Shown: positions 1 through 12,754 of the stretch, piece by piece
How positions within the stretch are numbered: position 1 is the first letter of the stretch
Layout: each line of letters starts with the position of its first letter
NCBI GenBank assembly: GCA_964016885.1
Contig: OZ024741.1
Coordinates: forward strand, 164,858,001-164,922,000
Reading direction: 5' to 3'
Source of the DNA: Eledone cirrhosa
Lineage: Eukaryota
Length of the DNA stretch: 64,000 bases
Notes under the pieces: generated by a model
What the model saw: the letters and a program-made list of their open reading frames with translations, nothing else
What the model was told of the DNA's origin: nothing
Database searches by the model: none
Position numbers and translations under genes: made by a program

Positions 1-99
1 TTTGATCACATTCTATGAGAGTATCTTGATCAGCCAATGAACTTTTCATCCAACCCTCATATACACATACATATATATATATATACATATACATACACA

Positions 100-3000
100 C
101 CGATGGATGTGTAATAGTAATCTAAGCAAACGGCAAAGTATATACGAATTGAGAGAGAGACTAAGCATAAGAGGTATCAAATGTTGTGTGCAAGAGAGAA
201 GATTGCGTTGGTGTGGACATGTGATGCGTATGAAGGACGACAGCTGTATAAAAACGTGCAGAACGATCAAAATTGATGGAAGCTACGGAGTGGGTAGACC
301 AAGAAAAACCTGGGATGGGGTGATAAAAACTGACCTTGCTCACTTATACCTCTCTAAGACAATGTCACTGGATCGAGATCTTTGGCACTATGCAGTTATA
401 CAGAAGACCCGCTCTCCCTTGTATACAAACTTAAACTTACAGTCAGTAGGCACCTCTTAACCCAATATACACCCCACACCACACCCCGTACTACATCCTT
501 CCACTTCCGTCCACTGTAAAGTGGTCGTGTAGGTGACACGGCAAAAAGCACCCAGTCCACACTGTAAAGTGGTCGTGTAAGAGACACAACAAAAAGCACC
601 CAGTCCACACTGTAAAGTGGTCGTGTAAAAGACACAACAAAAAGCACCCAGTCCACACTGTAAAGTGGTCGTGTAAGAGACACAACAAAAAGCACCCAGT
701 CCATACTGTAAAGTGGTCGTGTAGGTGACACAACAAAAAGCACCCAGTCCACACTGTAAAGTGGTCGTGTAAGAGACACAACAAAAAGCACCCAGTCCAC
801 ACTGTAAAGTGGTCGTGTAAGAGACACAACAAAAAGCACCCAGTCCACACTGTAAAGTGGTCGTGTAGGTGACACAACAAAAAGCACCCAGTCCACACTG
901 TAAAGTGGTCGTGTAGGTGACACAACAAAAAGCACCCAGTCCACACTGTAAAGTGGTCGTGTAGGTGACACAACAAAAAGCACCCAGTCCACACTGTAAA
1001 GTGGTCGTGTAGGTGACACAACAAAAAGCACCCAGTCCACACTGTAAAGTGGTCGTGTAAGAGACACAACAAAAAGCACCCAGTCCACACTGTAAAGTGG
1101 TCGTGTAAGAGACACAACAAAAAGCACCCAGTCCATACTGTAAAGTGGTTGTGTAGGTGACACGGCAAAAAGCACCCAGTCCACACTGTAAAGTGGTTGT
1201 GTAAGAGACACAACAAAAAGCACCCAGTCCACACTGTAAAGTGGTCATGTAAGAGACACAACAAAAATCACCCAGTCCACACTGTAAAGTGGTCGTGTAG
1301 GAGACACAACAAAAAGCACCCAGTCCACACTGTAAAGTGGTCGTGTGGGAGACACAACAAAAAGCACCCAGTCCACACTGTAAAGTGGTCGTGTGGGAGA
1401 CACAACAAAAAGCACCCAGTCCACACTGTAAAGTGGTCGTGTAGGTGACACAGCAAAAAGCACCCAGTCCACACTGTAAAGTGGTCGTGTAGGTGACACA
1501 ACAAAAAGCACCCAGTCCACACTGTAAAGTGGTCGTGTAGGTGACACAACAAAAAGCACCCAGTCCACACTGTAAAGTGGTCGTGTGGGAGACACAACAA
1601 AAAGCACCCAGTCCACACTGTAAAGTGGTCGTGTGGGAGACACAACAAAAAGCACCCAGTCCACACTGTAAAGTGGTCGTGTAAGAGACACAACAAAAAG
1701 CACCCAGTCCACACTGTAAAGTGGTCGTGTGGGAGACACAACAAAAAGCACCCAGTCCACACTGTAAAGTGGTCGTGTAAGAGACACAACAAAAAGCACC
1801 CAGTCCACACTGTAAAGTGGTCGTGTAGGTGACACAGCAAAAAGCACCCAGTCCACACTGTAAAGTGGTCGTGTAGGTGACACAACAAAAAGCACCCAGT
1901 CCACACTGTAAAGTGGTCGTGTAGGTGACACAACAAAAAGCACCCAGTCCACACTGTAAAGTGGTCATGTGGGAGACACAACAAAAAGCACCCAGTCCAC
2001 ACTGTAAAGTGGTCGTGTGGGAGACACAACAAAAAGCACCCAGTCCACACTGTAAAGTGGTCGTGTGGGAGACACAACAAAAAGCACCCAGTCCACACTG
2101 TAAAGTGGTCGTGTGGGAGACACAACAAAAAGCACCCAGTCCACACTGTAAAGTGGTCGTGTAAGAGACACAACAAAAAGCACCCAGTCCACACTGTAAA
2201 GTGGTCGTGTAGGTGACACAGCAAAAAGCACCCAGTCCACACTGTAAAGTGGTCGTGTAGGTGACACAACAAAAAGCACCCAGTCCACACTGTAAAGTGG
2301 TCGTGTAGGTGACACAACAAAAAGCACCCAGTCCACACTGTAAAGTGGTCATGTGGGAGACACAACAAAAAGCACCCAGTCCACACTGTAAAGTGGTCGT
2401 GTGGAAGACACAACAAAAAGCACCCAGTCCACACTGTAAAGTGGTCGTGTGGGAGACACAACAAAAAGCACCCAGTCCACACTGTAAAGTGGTCGTGTGG
2501 GAGACACAACAAAAAGCACCCAGTCCACACTGTAAAGTGGTCGTGTGGGAGACACAACAAAAAGCACCCAGTCCACACTGTAAAGTGGTCGTGTGGGAGA
2601 CACAACAAAAAGCACCCAGTCCACACTGTAAAGTGGTCGTGTGGGAGACACAACAAAAAGCACCCAGTCCACACTGTAAAGTGGTCGTGTGGGAGACACA
2701 ACAAAAAGCACCCAGTCCACACTGTAAAGTGGTCGTGTGGAGACACAACAAAAAGCACCCAGTCCACACTGTAAAGTGGTCATGTGGGAGACACAACAAA
2801 AAGCACCCAGTCCACACTGTAAAGTGGTCATGTGGGAGACACAACAAAAAGCACCCAGTCCACACTGTAAAGTGGTCGTGTGGGAGACACAACAAAAAGC
2901 ACCCAGTCCACACTGTAAAGTGGTCATGTGGGAGACACAACAAAAAGCACCCAGTCCACACTGTAAAGTGGTCGTGTGGAGACAACAAAAAGCACCCAGT

Positions 3001-3522
3001 CCACACTGTAAAGTGGTCATGTGGGAGACACAACAAAAAGCACCCAGTCCACACTGTAAAGTGGTCATGTGGGAGACACAACAAAAAGCACCCAGTCCAC
3101 ACTGTAAAGTGGTCATGTGGGAGACACAACAAAAAGCACCCAGTCCACACTGTAAAGTGGTCATGTGGGAGACACAACAAAAAGCACCCAGTCCACACTG
3201 TAAAGTGGTCATGTGGGAGACACAACAAAAAGCACCCAGTCCACACTGTAAAGTGGTCATGTGGGAGACACAACAAAAAGCACCCAGTCCACACTGTAAA
3301 GTGGTCATGTGGGAGACACGATAGAAAGACTCCCAGTCCACACTGTAAATGTGATTGGTGTTAGGAAGAGCATCCAGCCGTAGAAAACCTGCCAGAAACA
3401 GTCTTCTACAAGCGTGACATGGTCACCTGACCAATCTTGCCTCAAGGGGGACAAAACTGTCCAACCCATTCTAGCTTGGAAGATGGACATTAAACGATGA
3501 TGATGATGATGATGATGATGAT
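100..3522 (+). mobile_element. RTE-clade LINE, 5'-truncated (family A), 3' UTR expanded by a 48-bp minisatellite
   Basis: ORF 107-460 has RTE C-terminal motifs RRLRWCGHVMRM and GRPRKTW. A C-rich 3' UTR follows, then the tail GGTGTTAGGAAG.GCATCCAGC...GATGGACATTAAAC(GAT)n shared with copies at 5488, 8241 and 45361. Confidence 0.9.
511..3348. repeat. 48-bp minisatellite, ~59 units
   Basis: Unit CACAACAAAAAGCACCCAGTCCACACTGTAAAGTGGTCGTGT(AGGT/AAGA/GGGA)GA read directly. Units are contiguous with no spacers. Confidence 0.98.
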
Positions 3523-3605
3523 ATATATATATACACTGTATGTATATGTGTGTCTGTGATTACACCCTGTATGGTAATCCTAGCATTAATTATATCCATG
3601 ATATA

Positions 3606-3985
3606 GTGAAGGCACATGGCTTAGTGGTTAGAGCATTGGGCTTGCAATCGAAAGGTGGTGAGTTCAATTCTCAGACTGGGTGATGTGTGGTTTCCTTGAA
3701 CGAGACACTTTATTTCACATTGCTCCAGTTTTCTCAGCTGTAGAAATGAGATGATAGGACTGGGGGTCCTTATCATTCCACTTTGCAAAGTGGTCGTGGA
3801 GGTGCCACGGCAAAAAAGCACCCAGCACTCACTGTAATTGAGGTTGGTGTTAGGAAGGGCATCCAGCTGTAGAAATCAAGCCAGAATCAGTTCCCGTATT
3901 GAGCAAGACAAGGTCAGCCAACAGGACAACCCATCTAACCCATGCTAGCGTAGAAGAACGGACGTAAAATGGTGATGATGATGAT
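3606..3985 (+). mobile_element. tRNA-derived SINE with CORE-like body and RTE-derived 3' tail
   Basis: A box TGGCTTAGTGG and B box GAGTTCAATTC. The middle CCTTGAACGAGACACTTT...CAGTTTTCTCAGCTGTAGAAATG resembles the MIR/CORE domain. The 3' end matches the RTE family A tail and (GAT)n. Confidence 0.85.
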
Positions 3986-4972
3986 TATATAGAGGTATCT
4001 ATGTGTGAGTTTCTGTGACCATGTTTGCCTCTGCATTTACAGTTATGCTATACTTTATAACATAGCAGTTCAACAAAAGAAATTGATATATATATATAGC
4101 ATACTTGAGGTCAATATAATCAATTAAATTGTTTGAAGATAATGTCTCTGCAAGGCTTCAGTCTAATAACTGAAAAGAATAAAGGAATAATAAAAAGAAT
4201 ATATAAATATATGTTTGTTGTAATTTTATTGTATTTCATATCACGGTTCTCTTATACTCTGGAAAACTATTTCAATGTAATTGACTACACCTACACACAC
4301 ACATGTATATATATGTTTGTATGTATATGTGCATATGTGTATATATATATATATATATACACACACATACACATATGCATGTATATCTGTTTGTATGTAT
4401 GTGTGTTTATATGTATATGTGTGAGTATATATATATATATATATACACACACGTTTGTGCATGTATATATATGTATATGCACACGTATACATGTGCATAT
4501 ATAAATATCTATATACACACACACATACATATACACACACATATATTGACTACAAAAATCACATGCAACTGGAAACTAACCACTTATTATTTTAGTGAAA
4601 TTATCAGAATTTGTTGAGATAGAGATTATTTTGGCAATAATAGGAACTAGGGAGCTCAGTCAAAAGTAATAATTTACAATTCAGTAGTTAATAAACACTA
4701 ACTAATACAGTTTCCCCTACCATTATTAGACTAAAGTTAACTCCCTTTAGTCTACTAATTGGCAATAAAACTGAATTAAACCTCTAATATGCTTGATAAT
4801 GTATTTTATCTCTCTCTCGTCTTTATGTCCACAATTTAATAAGTAGAAGCTAGCTTGTTGCAATGTGTGTAGTTGTGTTTGAGAGTATGTGTGTGCCTCA
4901 TACAAGTACCTGGTCATTTACATAGCTCTCTCTCTCTGTATGTATGTATGTATAAATATATATATATATATG

Positions 4973-5013
<41 letters not shown>

Positions 5014-5017
<4 letters not shown>

Positions 5018-5204
5018 AACAAGTAAGACCCCGACGGCTGAGCTCAAGCCGTTTCGACGGCTAATTCAGTACAGAATTAGCCGTCGAAACGGCTTGAGCT
5101 CAGCCGTCGGGGTCTTACTTGTTCCTATTAACCACTCTACTACCCTAAGTATTGAGTACTTTGGTGCGTTATGGTCCACCTGGTTCCTTACCACATTTCC
5201 TTCG

Positions 5205-5206
<2 letters not shown>
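5014..5206 (+). mobile_element. Fold-back element in (TA)n: ~54-bp-arm palindrome plus ~80-bp tail (probable Penelope-type 3' end)
   Basis: TAGGAACAAGTAAGACCCCGACGG...CCGTCGGGGTCTTACTTGTTCCTA is a perfect inverted repeat, flanked by (TA)n on both sides. A second copy lies at 60871-61076. Confidence 0.75.
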
Positions 5207-5239
<33 letters not shown>

Positions 5240-5487
5240 TAGATAAATATACATGGGTGTGTATGATTGTGTATAGAAGATTATATTAATAAGAGGAATT
5301 CCAACTTTGTCTGATTTACTCGTTTTATTTACAATCCTTTAAAATATATAATGGTATTATAATGAAATAGTATGATAGAATATTAAATTCTAAGTGTTAA
5401 TTGAACAAGTACTTTCATGCTTTCGCAATCTTCAGGTTCATAATATGTGGTGACAGTCAAGTTTGCAATTTTCAAAATATATATATA

Positions 5488-6302
5488 TGCATGGCAGTGA
5501 GGCATGGGCCTTACGTGCAGAGGACCTGCGCAGACTGGAAAGGAACGAAGGATGCATGCTCCATTGGATGTGTAATAGTAATATACGTGAACAGCAAAGT
5601 ATAAATCAATTAAGTGAAAAATTAGGAATAAGAGGGATCAGATGCTGTTTACTCGAGAGAAGACTACGTTGGTATGATCACATGATGCGCATGAAAGATG
5701 ACAGCTGTATAAAAAAGTGCAGGGCAATCAAAATTGATGTAAGTTAAAGAGTAGGCAGACCAAGAAAAACCTGGGACGATCTGATAAATTCCGACTTTAC
5801 AGACTTGCACCTCTCTAAGACAATGTCTCTGGACCGAGATCTTTGGCGCTACGCAGTAATACAGAAAACCCGCCTTGCCTATGTACAAAGCGAAACCTAC
5901 AGTCAGTAGGCACCTCTTAACCAAATATACACCCCAATCCACTACCCCTACCCTATCCTCCCACTAGCAACAACACCACCCCCTCTCTATAAAGTTGGTA
6001 CCACAACACCCAGTCCAAATAAATGAGATAATGAGATCAAGATCGTGTAGATGTCACAACAAAAAAACACACAGTCCACACTGTAATGTGGCTGTGTAGG
6101 TAACACGGTAAACAGTTCCCAGTTCCACACTGTAAATGTGGTTGGTGTTAGGAAGGGCATCCAGCTGTAGAAAACCTGCCAGATAGTCCTATATGAGCGA
6201 GACATGGTCACCTGACCAACCTTGTCTCAAGTGGGACAACTCCCGTCTAACCCATGTTAGCGTGGAAGATGGACGTTAAACGATGATGATGATGATGATG
6301 AT
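5488..6302 (+). mobile_element. RTE LINE 3' fragment (family A)
   Basis: Translates HGSEAWAL...RRLERNE...RRLRWYDHMMRM. It has the family A 3' UTR with only ~2 units of the 48-mer and a (GAT)n tail. Confidence 0.9.
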
Positions 6303-6461
6303 ATTTATATATACACAGTTTACGAAAATCATTGATATTAACTCAAAGGCCAGTGCATCACCCACTCAATAAATCTGCAAGATTGCAGTAATGATACTGC
6401 AACCCGTAGTTCAGAGTGCACACATATTAGTTAATAGCAAGTACAGTGGCTGTGTTTTGGT

Positions 6462-6504
<43 letters not shown>

Positions 6505-6507
<3 letters not shown>

Positions 6508-6732
6508 ATGGAGTGTAACGTGAAGTTAGAGTAGGTTCACTCAGGTGAGCACTCGATATTTAGGTTCCTGTCAGTAGAACCATGAGCTGATCAATAAATG
6601 TAATGAAGGCTTAACAAATTGTCCTTGTATTATTATATTACACCCTGTTTAGCTCTACACCTCTACTGACAGGAACCTAAATATCGAGTGCTCACCTGAG
6701 TGAACCTACTCTAACTTCACGTTACACTCCAT

Positions 6733-6735
<3 letters not shown>
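6505..6735. mobile_element. MITE with perfect 74-bp terminal inverted repeats inserted in (TA)n
   Basis: 6505-6578 is the exact reverse complement of 6662-6735. TA runs flank both sides. Confidence 0.85.
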
Positions 6736-6775
<40 letters not shown>

Positions 6776-6780
<5 letters not shown>

Positions 6781-7210
6781 ACTGACTTGGTAAACACCCA
6801 CAAAATTGTTAACCATCTTGCCAACAACAACCCTGAGTACCTTTTTGATTTCCATGTGTCTAACACACGTGGGCATGCCCACAAAGTCAGAAAACAGCAC
6901 AGTTCCCATGACTTTCGGAAACATTTTTTCACGCTCAGAGTTGCTGAAGCATGGAACAAACTACCTGCATCGGTTGTTAGCTGTCAGGACACTGCATCCT
7001 TTAAGGCCTCCATGCTTCCCGAGATTCGCCAACACTACACCTAATATTCCCCCTCCATACACATACACACATGTATATCATGACTCATACACTATTCACT
7101 TCCCTGACATTTGTTTATTATTCTACGTACTATACATGCACCTTTCACGAGTTGTAGTGCACCTGAGCACTTTACACAATAATTTCATTATTATTATTAT
7201 CATTATTATT
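6776..7210 (+). mobile_element. CR1-group LINE 3' fragment
   Basis: Translates NTRGHAHK...FFTLRVAEAWNKLP, typical of CR1/L2 ORF2 C-termini. The 3' UTR ends in (ATT)n. Near-identical copies at 39802 and 55344. Confidence 0.88.
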
Positions 7211-7282
7211 ATATGTGTGTGTGTGTACCAAAACACAGCCACTGTACTTGCTATTAACTAATATGTGTGCACTCTGAACTAT

Positions 7283-7320
<38 letters not shown>

Positions 7321-8240
7321 ATAGTGAGAAAAAGACGATTATTAGGAAGAAAAATATATTTTTTTCCTTTTATATTTTTCGTTTTTTTCTGGGTTAGAAA
7401 ATATATATGAAATATAGTTATGCAGTCATTTTTCGGGTTACTGGAGGTAGTACCAAACTGCACACCCAATGCTACAGTAGTGTGTATGTATCAAGTTTGA
7501 TATGACAAAGTTTCACTTTAAAATGCTTTTATTGACTATTGACTGTTATATACGTTTCATAGACGAGTGGTTCAAGATTTATATCGATGTGTTAGACCTG
7601 ACTCTAACATTGATCTGTTGGTTTCATGGAATCATTCGAAGGTTGGATATTTGTTCTGTGCTGAGGTCCACTTTGCCTTTCTTCCTTTCAGGGGTGAATA
7701 AAGAAAATATTAGCTCAGTGTTGGTGCACCCCTCTCTCCTTCCAGTTGGGACATCCTGGATGTTCCATTAGATCACGGGGAGGAAGGTCTGAGAGAGGTC
7801 TGTGTACGCTTGTTACTGCATGAGCACCTAAAGTCCTTAGTGAAAACATGGTATATACTACCAGATCATACTCAATTATGAGTGACAGTTGCAGTAATAT
7901 ATATATGGTGATATATGCTACTTTCAAGAGTTTGGTCAACTCAATCATATCAACTCCTGGGAATTATTTCAGTCTGACACATATTTCATTGATTTCTATT
8001 TGTTGAACTGCTAGGTTACAGGGCACATATATATATATATACACAAATTTAAAATTGCCAGGATAACAAAAGAAACTTACCGTAGCAAACTTAACGATCG
8101 TTAAATTTGCTAAGCTAAGATTCTTTTGTTATCTTGACAATTTAACATTCTGCATACACATTGTTTTGTTTTTCAAAATTTTAATTTGTGTTTCCTATTC
8201 AACAATGCTTCAAGTAAGCTACACAACTCTCACTATATAT

Positions 8241-8802
8241 ATCATCATCATCATCATCATCATTTAACGTCCATCTTCCACGCTAGCATGGGTTTGGACG
8301 GGAATTTTCCCACTTGAGGCAAGATTGGTTGTCTTGCTCGTATAGGACTATCTGGCGGGTTTTCTACGGCTGGATGTCCTTCCTAACACCAACCACGTTT
8401 ACAGTGTGTACTGGGAGGTTTTTACCGTGTTACCTACACAGCCACATTACAGCGTGGACTGTGTGTTTTTTTGTCGTGACACCCACACGACCTCATTTGT
8501 TTCGGACTGGATATTGTGGTACCAACATAACTTTACATTGAAAGGGGTGGTGTGGATGGGGTGGGGGGTAGTGGGACGGGGGTGTATTTTGTTAGAGGTG
8601 CCTACTGACTGTAGGTTTCGCTTTGTACTTAGGCAAGGCGGGTCTTCTGTATTACTGTGTAGCGCCAAAGATCTCGGTCCAGTGACATTGTCTTGGAGAG
8701 GTGTAAGTGTGTGAGGTCGGAATTTATCAAGTCGTCCCAGGTTTTTCTGGGTCTGCCTACTCCGTGGCTACTGTCTATTTTTATCGCCCTGCACTTTTTT
8801 AT
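8241..8802 (-). mobile_element. RTE LINE 3' fragment (family A)
   Basis: Reverse-complement match to the 3' part of the 45361-46313 copy, with (ATC)n tail at 8241. Confidence 0.9.
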
Positions 8803-9083
8803 ATATATATAAGAATAACATTAAGAAAGATGGTGGGATTACATAAAGCGTTTATTCATTATAATTATATCTGTGGCAACTCGTATGTCATTCACGATGC
8901 AGTATTTGCATTTGTTGTTGGTGTAGGAGCAATTTCCTCAGATGAATTTACATGTATGTGATATGCTGCTGGTAAAAACATGTACTACTTCTTGCATGCC
9001 CGACAAGCATATGAGTTCCTAACAGAGTCCTTCCAACTATTGTATTTACAATTTGTGGAGTGAGGTGCGATTCATGTGTCAAT

Positions 9084-9120
<37 letters not shown>

Positions 9121-9476
9121 ATACTCATCTTTTTCCATTTCTTAGAGAGTTCTAAACCCCATTATCAGGCTAAAATTTCTTTAGTAAAAAAAATATGGCG
9201 AATGCTTCTATTTTTAATTTCAAATTCACTCGCTGCTTCAAAACATACTTACTTTTTAGTTATATATATATGCAATAATAAAATATACTATGCAAAATGG
9301 TAGTGTTGGTGCCACGATAAAATGCTCCCTGTCCACTCTGTAAAGTGATAGTGCTGGTGCCAGTATAGAAGGCACACAGTCCAACTTGTCAAGTATTAAT
9401 GTCATTATAAAATGCTCCTTGTACATGCAACAAAGTGTTGGCATTAGGAAGAACATCCAACTGTAGACACCATGCA

Positions 9477-9507
<31 letters not shown>

Positions 9508-9516
<9 letters not shown>

Positions 9517-10456
9517 TAAACAAATAATGAATAAACAATTCCTTATATTAAACAAAAAAAGTTCATTATTTAACGATCGTTTCTAGGGTATATATGTGTT
9601 ATAATTGGTATGCATATTCAACAGATCTATGTACAAAATTATACAAAATTATACAAATTATCAAGATTAAATATACATACCTAACACATATATACGCCGT
9701 CTTCAGAAATAATGAAGTATATTTATTGATAATAACAACAATTCAAAATTTCAGTTCAAAATTGACCAATGAAAACACAAAGGGTTAAAAGCAGTTCGGT
9801 GTGTGTATATACATGTAAAATCCTTACACATATTTTACAAAAATGTATGTATAACTTGTATACGCATACTAAAAAGATGGATGCAAACACAAAATTTCAA
9901 GATTAATATCTCTGTAAGCTTAAAATGCGCTGATAAGATGCGCATTGATACTTATGGAGTCAAGCACATAAAAATATTTTTTCATACTCACACATATCAG
10001 TACAATCACACATACACGCGCGTATATGCATAAATATACACATAACCACGAACATACAAACACACACACACCCCCACTCACATTTATATATGTGGATATA
10101 AAATCATAAGCACATGGATATTAAATCACTCACATAAAACACTGGCACACACATTTCAAGATCAAGATACAGAAATTAGGTGGGAGGGGGGGGAGGGGTC
10201 AGTATTCAATTGTCTGAGCAGACTGCCTAATATAAATGTATCTATAAATTAAGAAAAATAAAAAAATAAAACAATAAAATATAATAAATATAATATAATA
10301 TACATACACATACAGATATATACACATACATACATGTACGCGCACATAGAAATATTTACGCATACACACATACACACATACATATACAGTCATACACACA
10401 CATACACTTACACGAACATACACATACACATATATAAAGATATATATATACACACA
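9508..10456 (-). repeat. Left arm of ~950-bp inverted repeat (Penelope 3' end)
   Basis: Reverse complement of 15075-16022. I saw only one substitution (~9902) and one poly-G length difference. Confidence 0.95.
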
Positions 10457-10532
10457 CATACACACGCAACACATACACACATACACATATATATAAAAAA
10501 TAAATAATAAAGATATATATCCATATATATAT

Positions 10533-10577
<45 letters not shown>

Positions 10578-10656
10578 CATACACATACATCTAAATATAC
10601 ATACACATACATACACACATACATGTACATACATGTACATACATATACGCACATCG

Positions 10657-10705
<49 letters not shown>

Positions 10706-11170
10706 TAGACATATAGATACATACACACACAACTTACATACACACATATATATATATAGATGTACATTCATACATAGAATTAGATATATAATCATACATA
10801 CATATGCACCTACTTATACTCATATATATAAATACATACGCTTCCATATATGCGTATATACATAAAAAACACTACAACCTCACCTAACTCAGACATACAA
10901 ATAAAAATAATAATAAAAAGGCATATGTATATACATACACACACGCATTAATCGAGATATATATATATATATACACACACACATACACATATATATATAT
11001 ACATATATATACACATACATATATATATATATATATACACACACATACACTCATACATATATATATATATATATATATAAACATATATATCCCCACACAC
11101 TCATACCACCATAAATACACATACAAACACCCACATATATATATATATATATATATATACACACGTACAC

Positions 11171-11203
<33 letters not shown>

Positions 11204-11520
11204 TAAAAAACAGACATGCACATATATATATATATATATATATATTTTTTTACACTTATATATACACATATTATATATACATACACAACCTCACTTATAC
11301 ACCTATACACATAAGTTATATTATAATAATAAAGAATAATATACATATATATATATATACATATACATATATATATATATATATATATACATACATACAT
11401 ACACACATATACATACACATAAACATATACATACATAAATACACACATACGAATAAAGACATATATTCACACATAGACACCTATATATATATATATATAT
11501 ATATCTATATATACATATAC

Positions 11521-11551
<31 letters not shown>

Positions 11552-12715
11552 TATACATACACACACACACACACACACAGACACATATACACACTCACAT
11601 ATATATACATATGTGTATGTGTGTGTGCGCACATACACATATATACACACTCACATACAAACACACATAAAACACACACATATGCATACGTGCACAGACA
11701 CACATATATATCACATAGATACGAAGATAAACATATAAATAGAGAGACATACATATATATACAACACACATACACATACATACATACACACGCATATACA
11801 TATACACATATATATATACATATATATATTCCTATATATACAAGCATACACATACATACACATATATACACATACATACACATATACATACAACACATTC
11901 ACATACACATACATATATAATGCATATATATACATATATATACATACATATGTACACTCATATATACACACGCAATCTTACATTCATATTTGCATGCGCA
12001 TATATGTATTTTTATATTTAGATATAAATACCCAAACCTATATAGACACCTACCTACATATATATTCATACATAGACGCTTACAAATATAGATGATAATA
12101 GTATGGGGGAAAGGGGGGGTTTGGAGAAGGGGATCAAAGTAAATATATGTTTCAAGAAACATATAATATTTTCCGTATCTTTATTCAATGTATGTTCTTA
12201 CATATTTTCAGTGCTAGGAAATACGACAAACAAGAACCAAGGCAAAATCTATGCATCTCAAAATAAATAAGTATACCATTAATCATATGTTAACTAAACC
12301 AAAGATAGTCAACATATTGATTTCTAAGGTGTAAATTAGTTAGGTTTATAATATTTGAAGCAGAATTTTGAAGTCAAACAGTAGTAGATTATTAATTACA
12401 GTATAACTAAATTAAAGTTAATAACGTTATGGTATCAATATTAGGAAATGAATTTAGTAATAGGGAAAAGAAACCCAAATAAAAATAAAATAAAGTATTA
12501 CATCGGTAGTAGCATATAAATTATATGTTAACTAAATTAAAAATTATATATTTATTTCAATAGTATATGTTAATTAGTATATGTTAATTAGGTATACAAT
12601 ACATAAAGCAGATATTGTATTTCATCAATAGCATAATATAATTATATGCAAATAGAAATCAAAATTAATACGCATACATATACATATACATACACATACA
12701 CATATACATACATAT

Positions 12716-12754
<39 letters not shown>

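Noticed and set aside
511-3348. CRISPR-like array
   Set aside because: Contiguous units with no unique spacers, no cas genes and a eukaryotic context.
396-3364. Very long Cys/His-rich ORFs (up to 945 aa) on both strands
   Set aside because: Translations of the 48-bp array. The unit length is divisible by 3 and several frames are open at once, inside a LINE 3' UTR.
3606-3680. Functional tRNA genes at A/B-box motifs here and in other SINE heads
   Set aside because: No complete cloverleaf. Each continues into a SINE body and tail.
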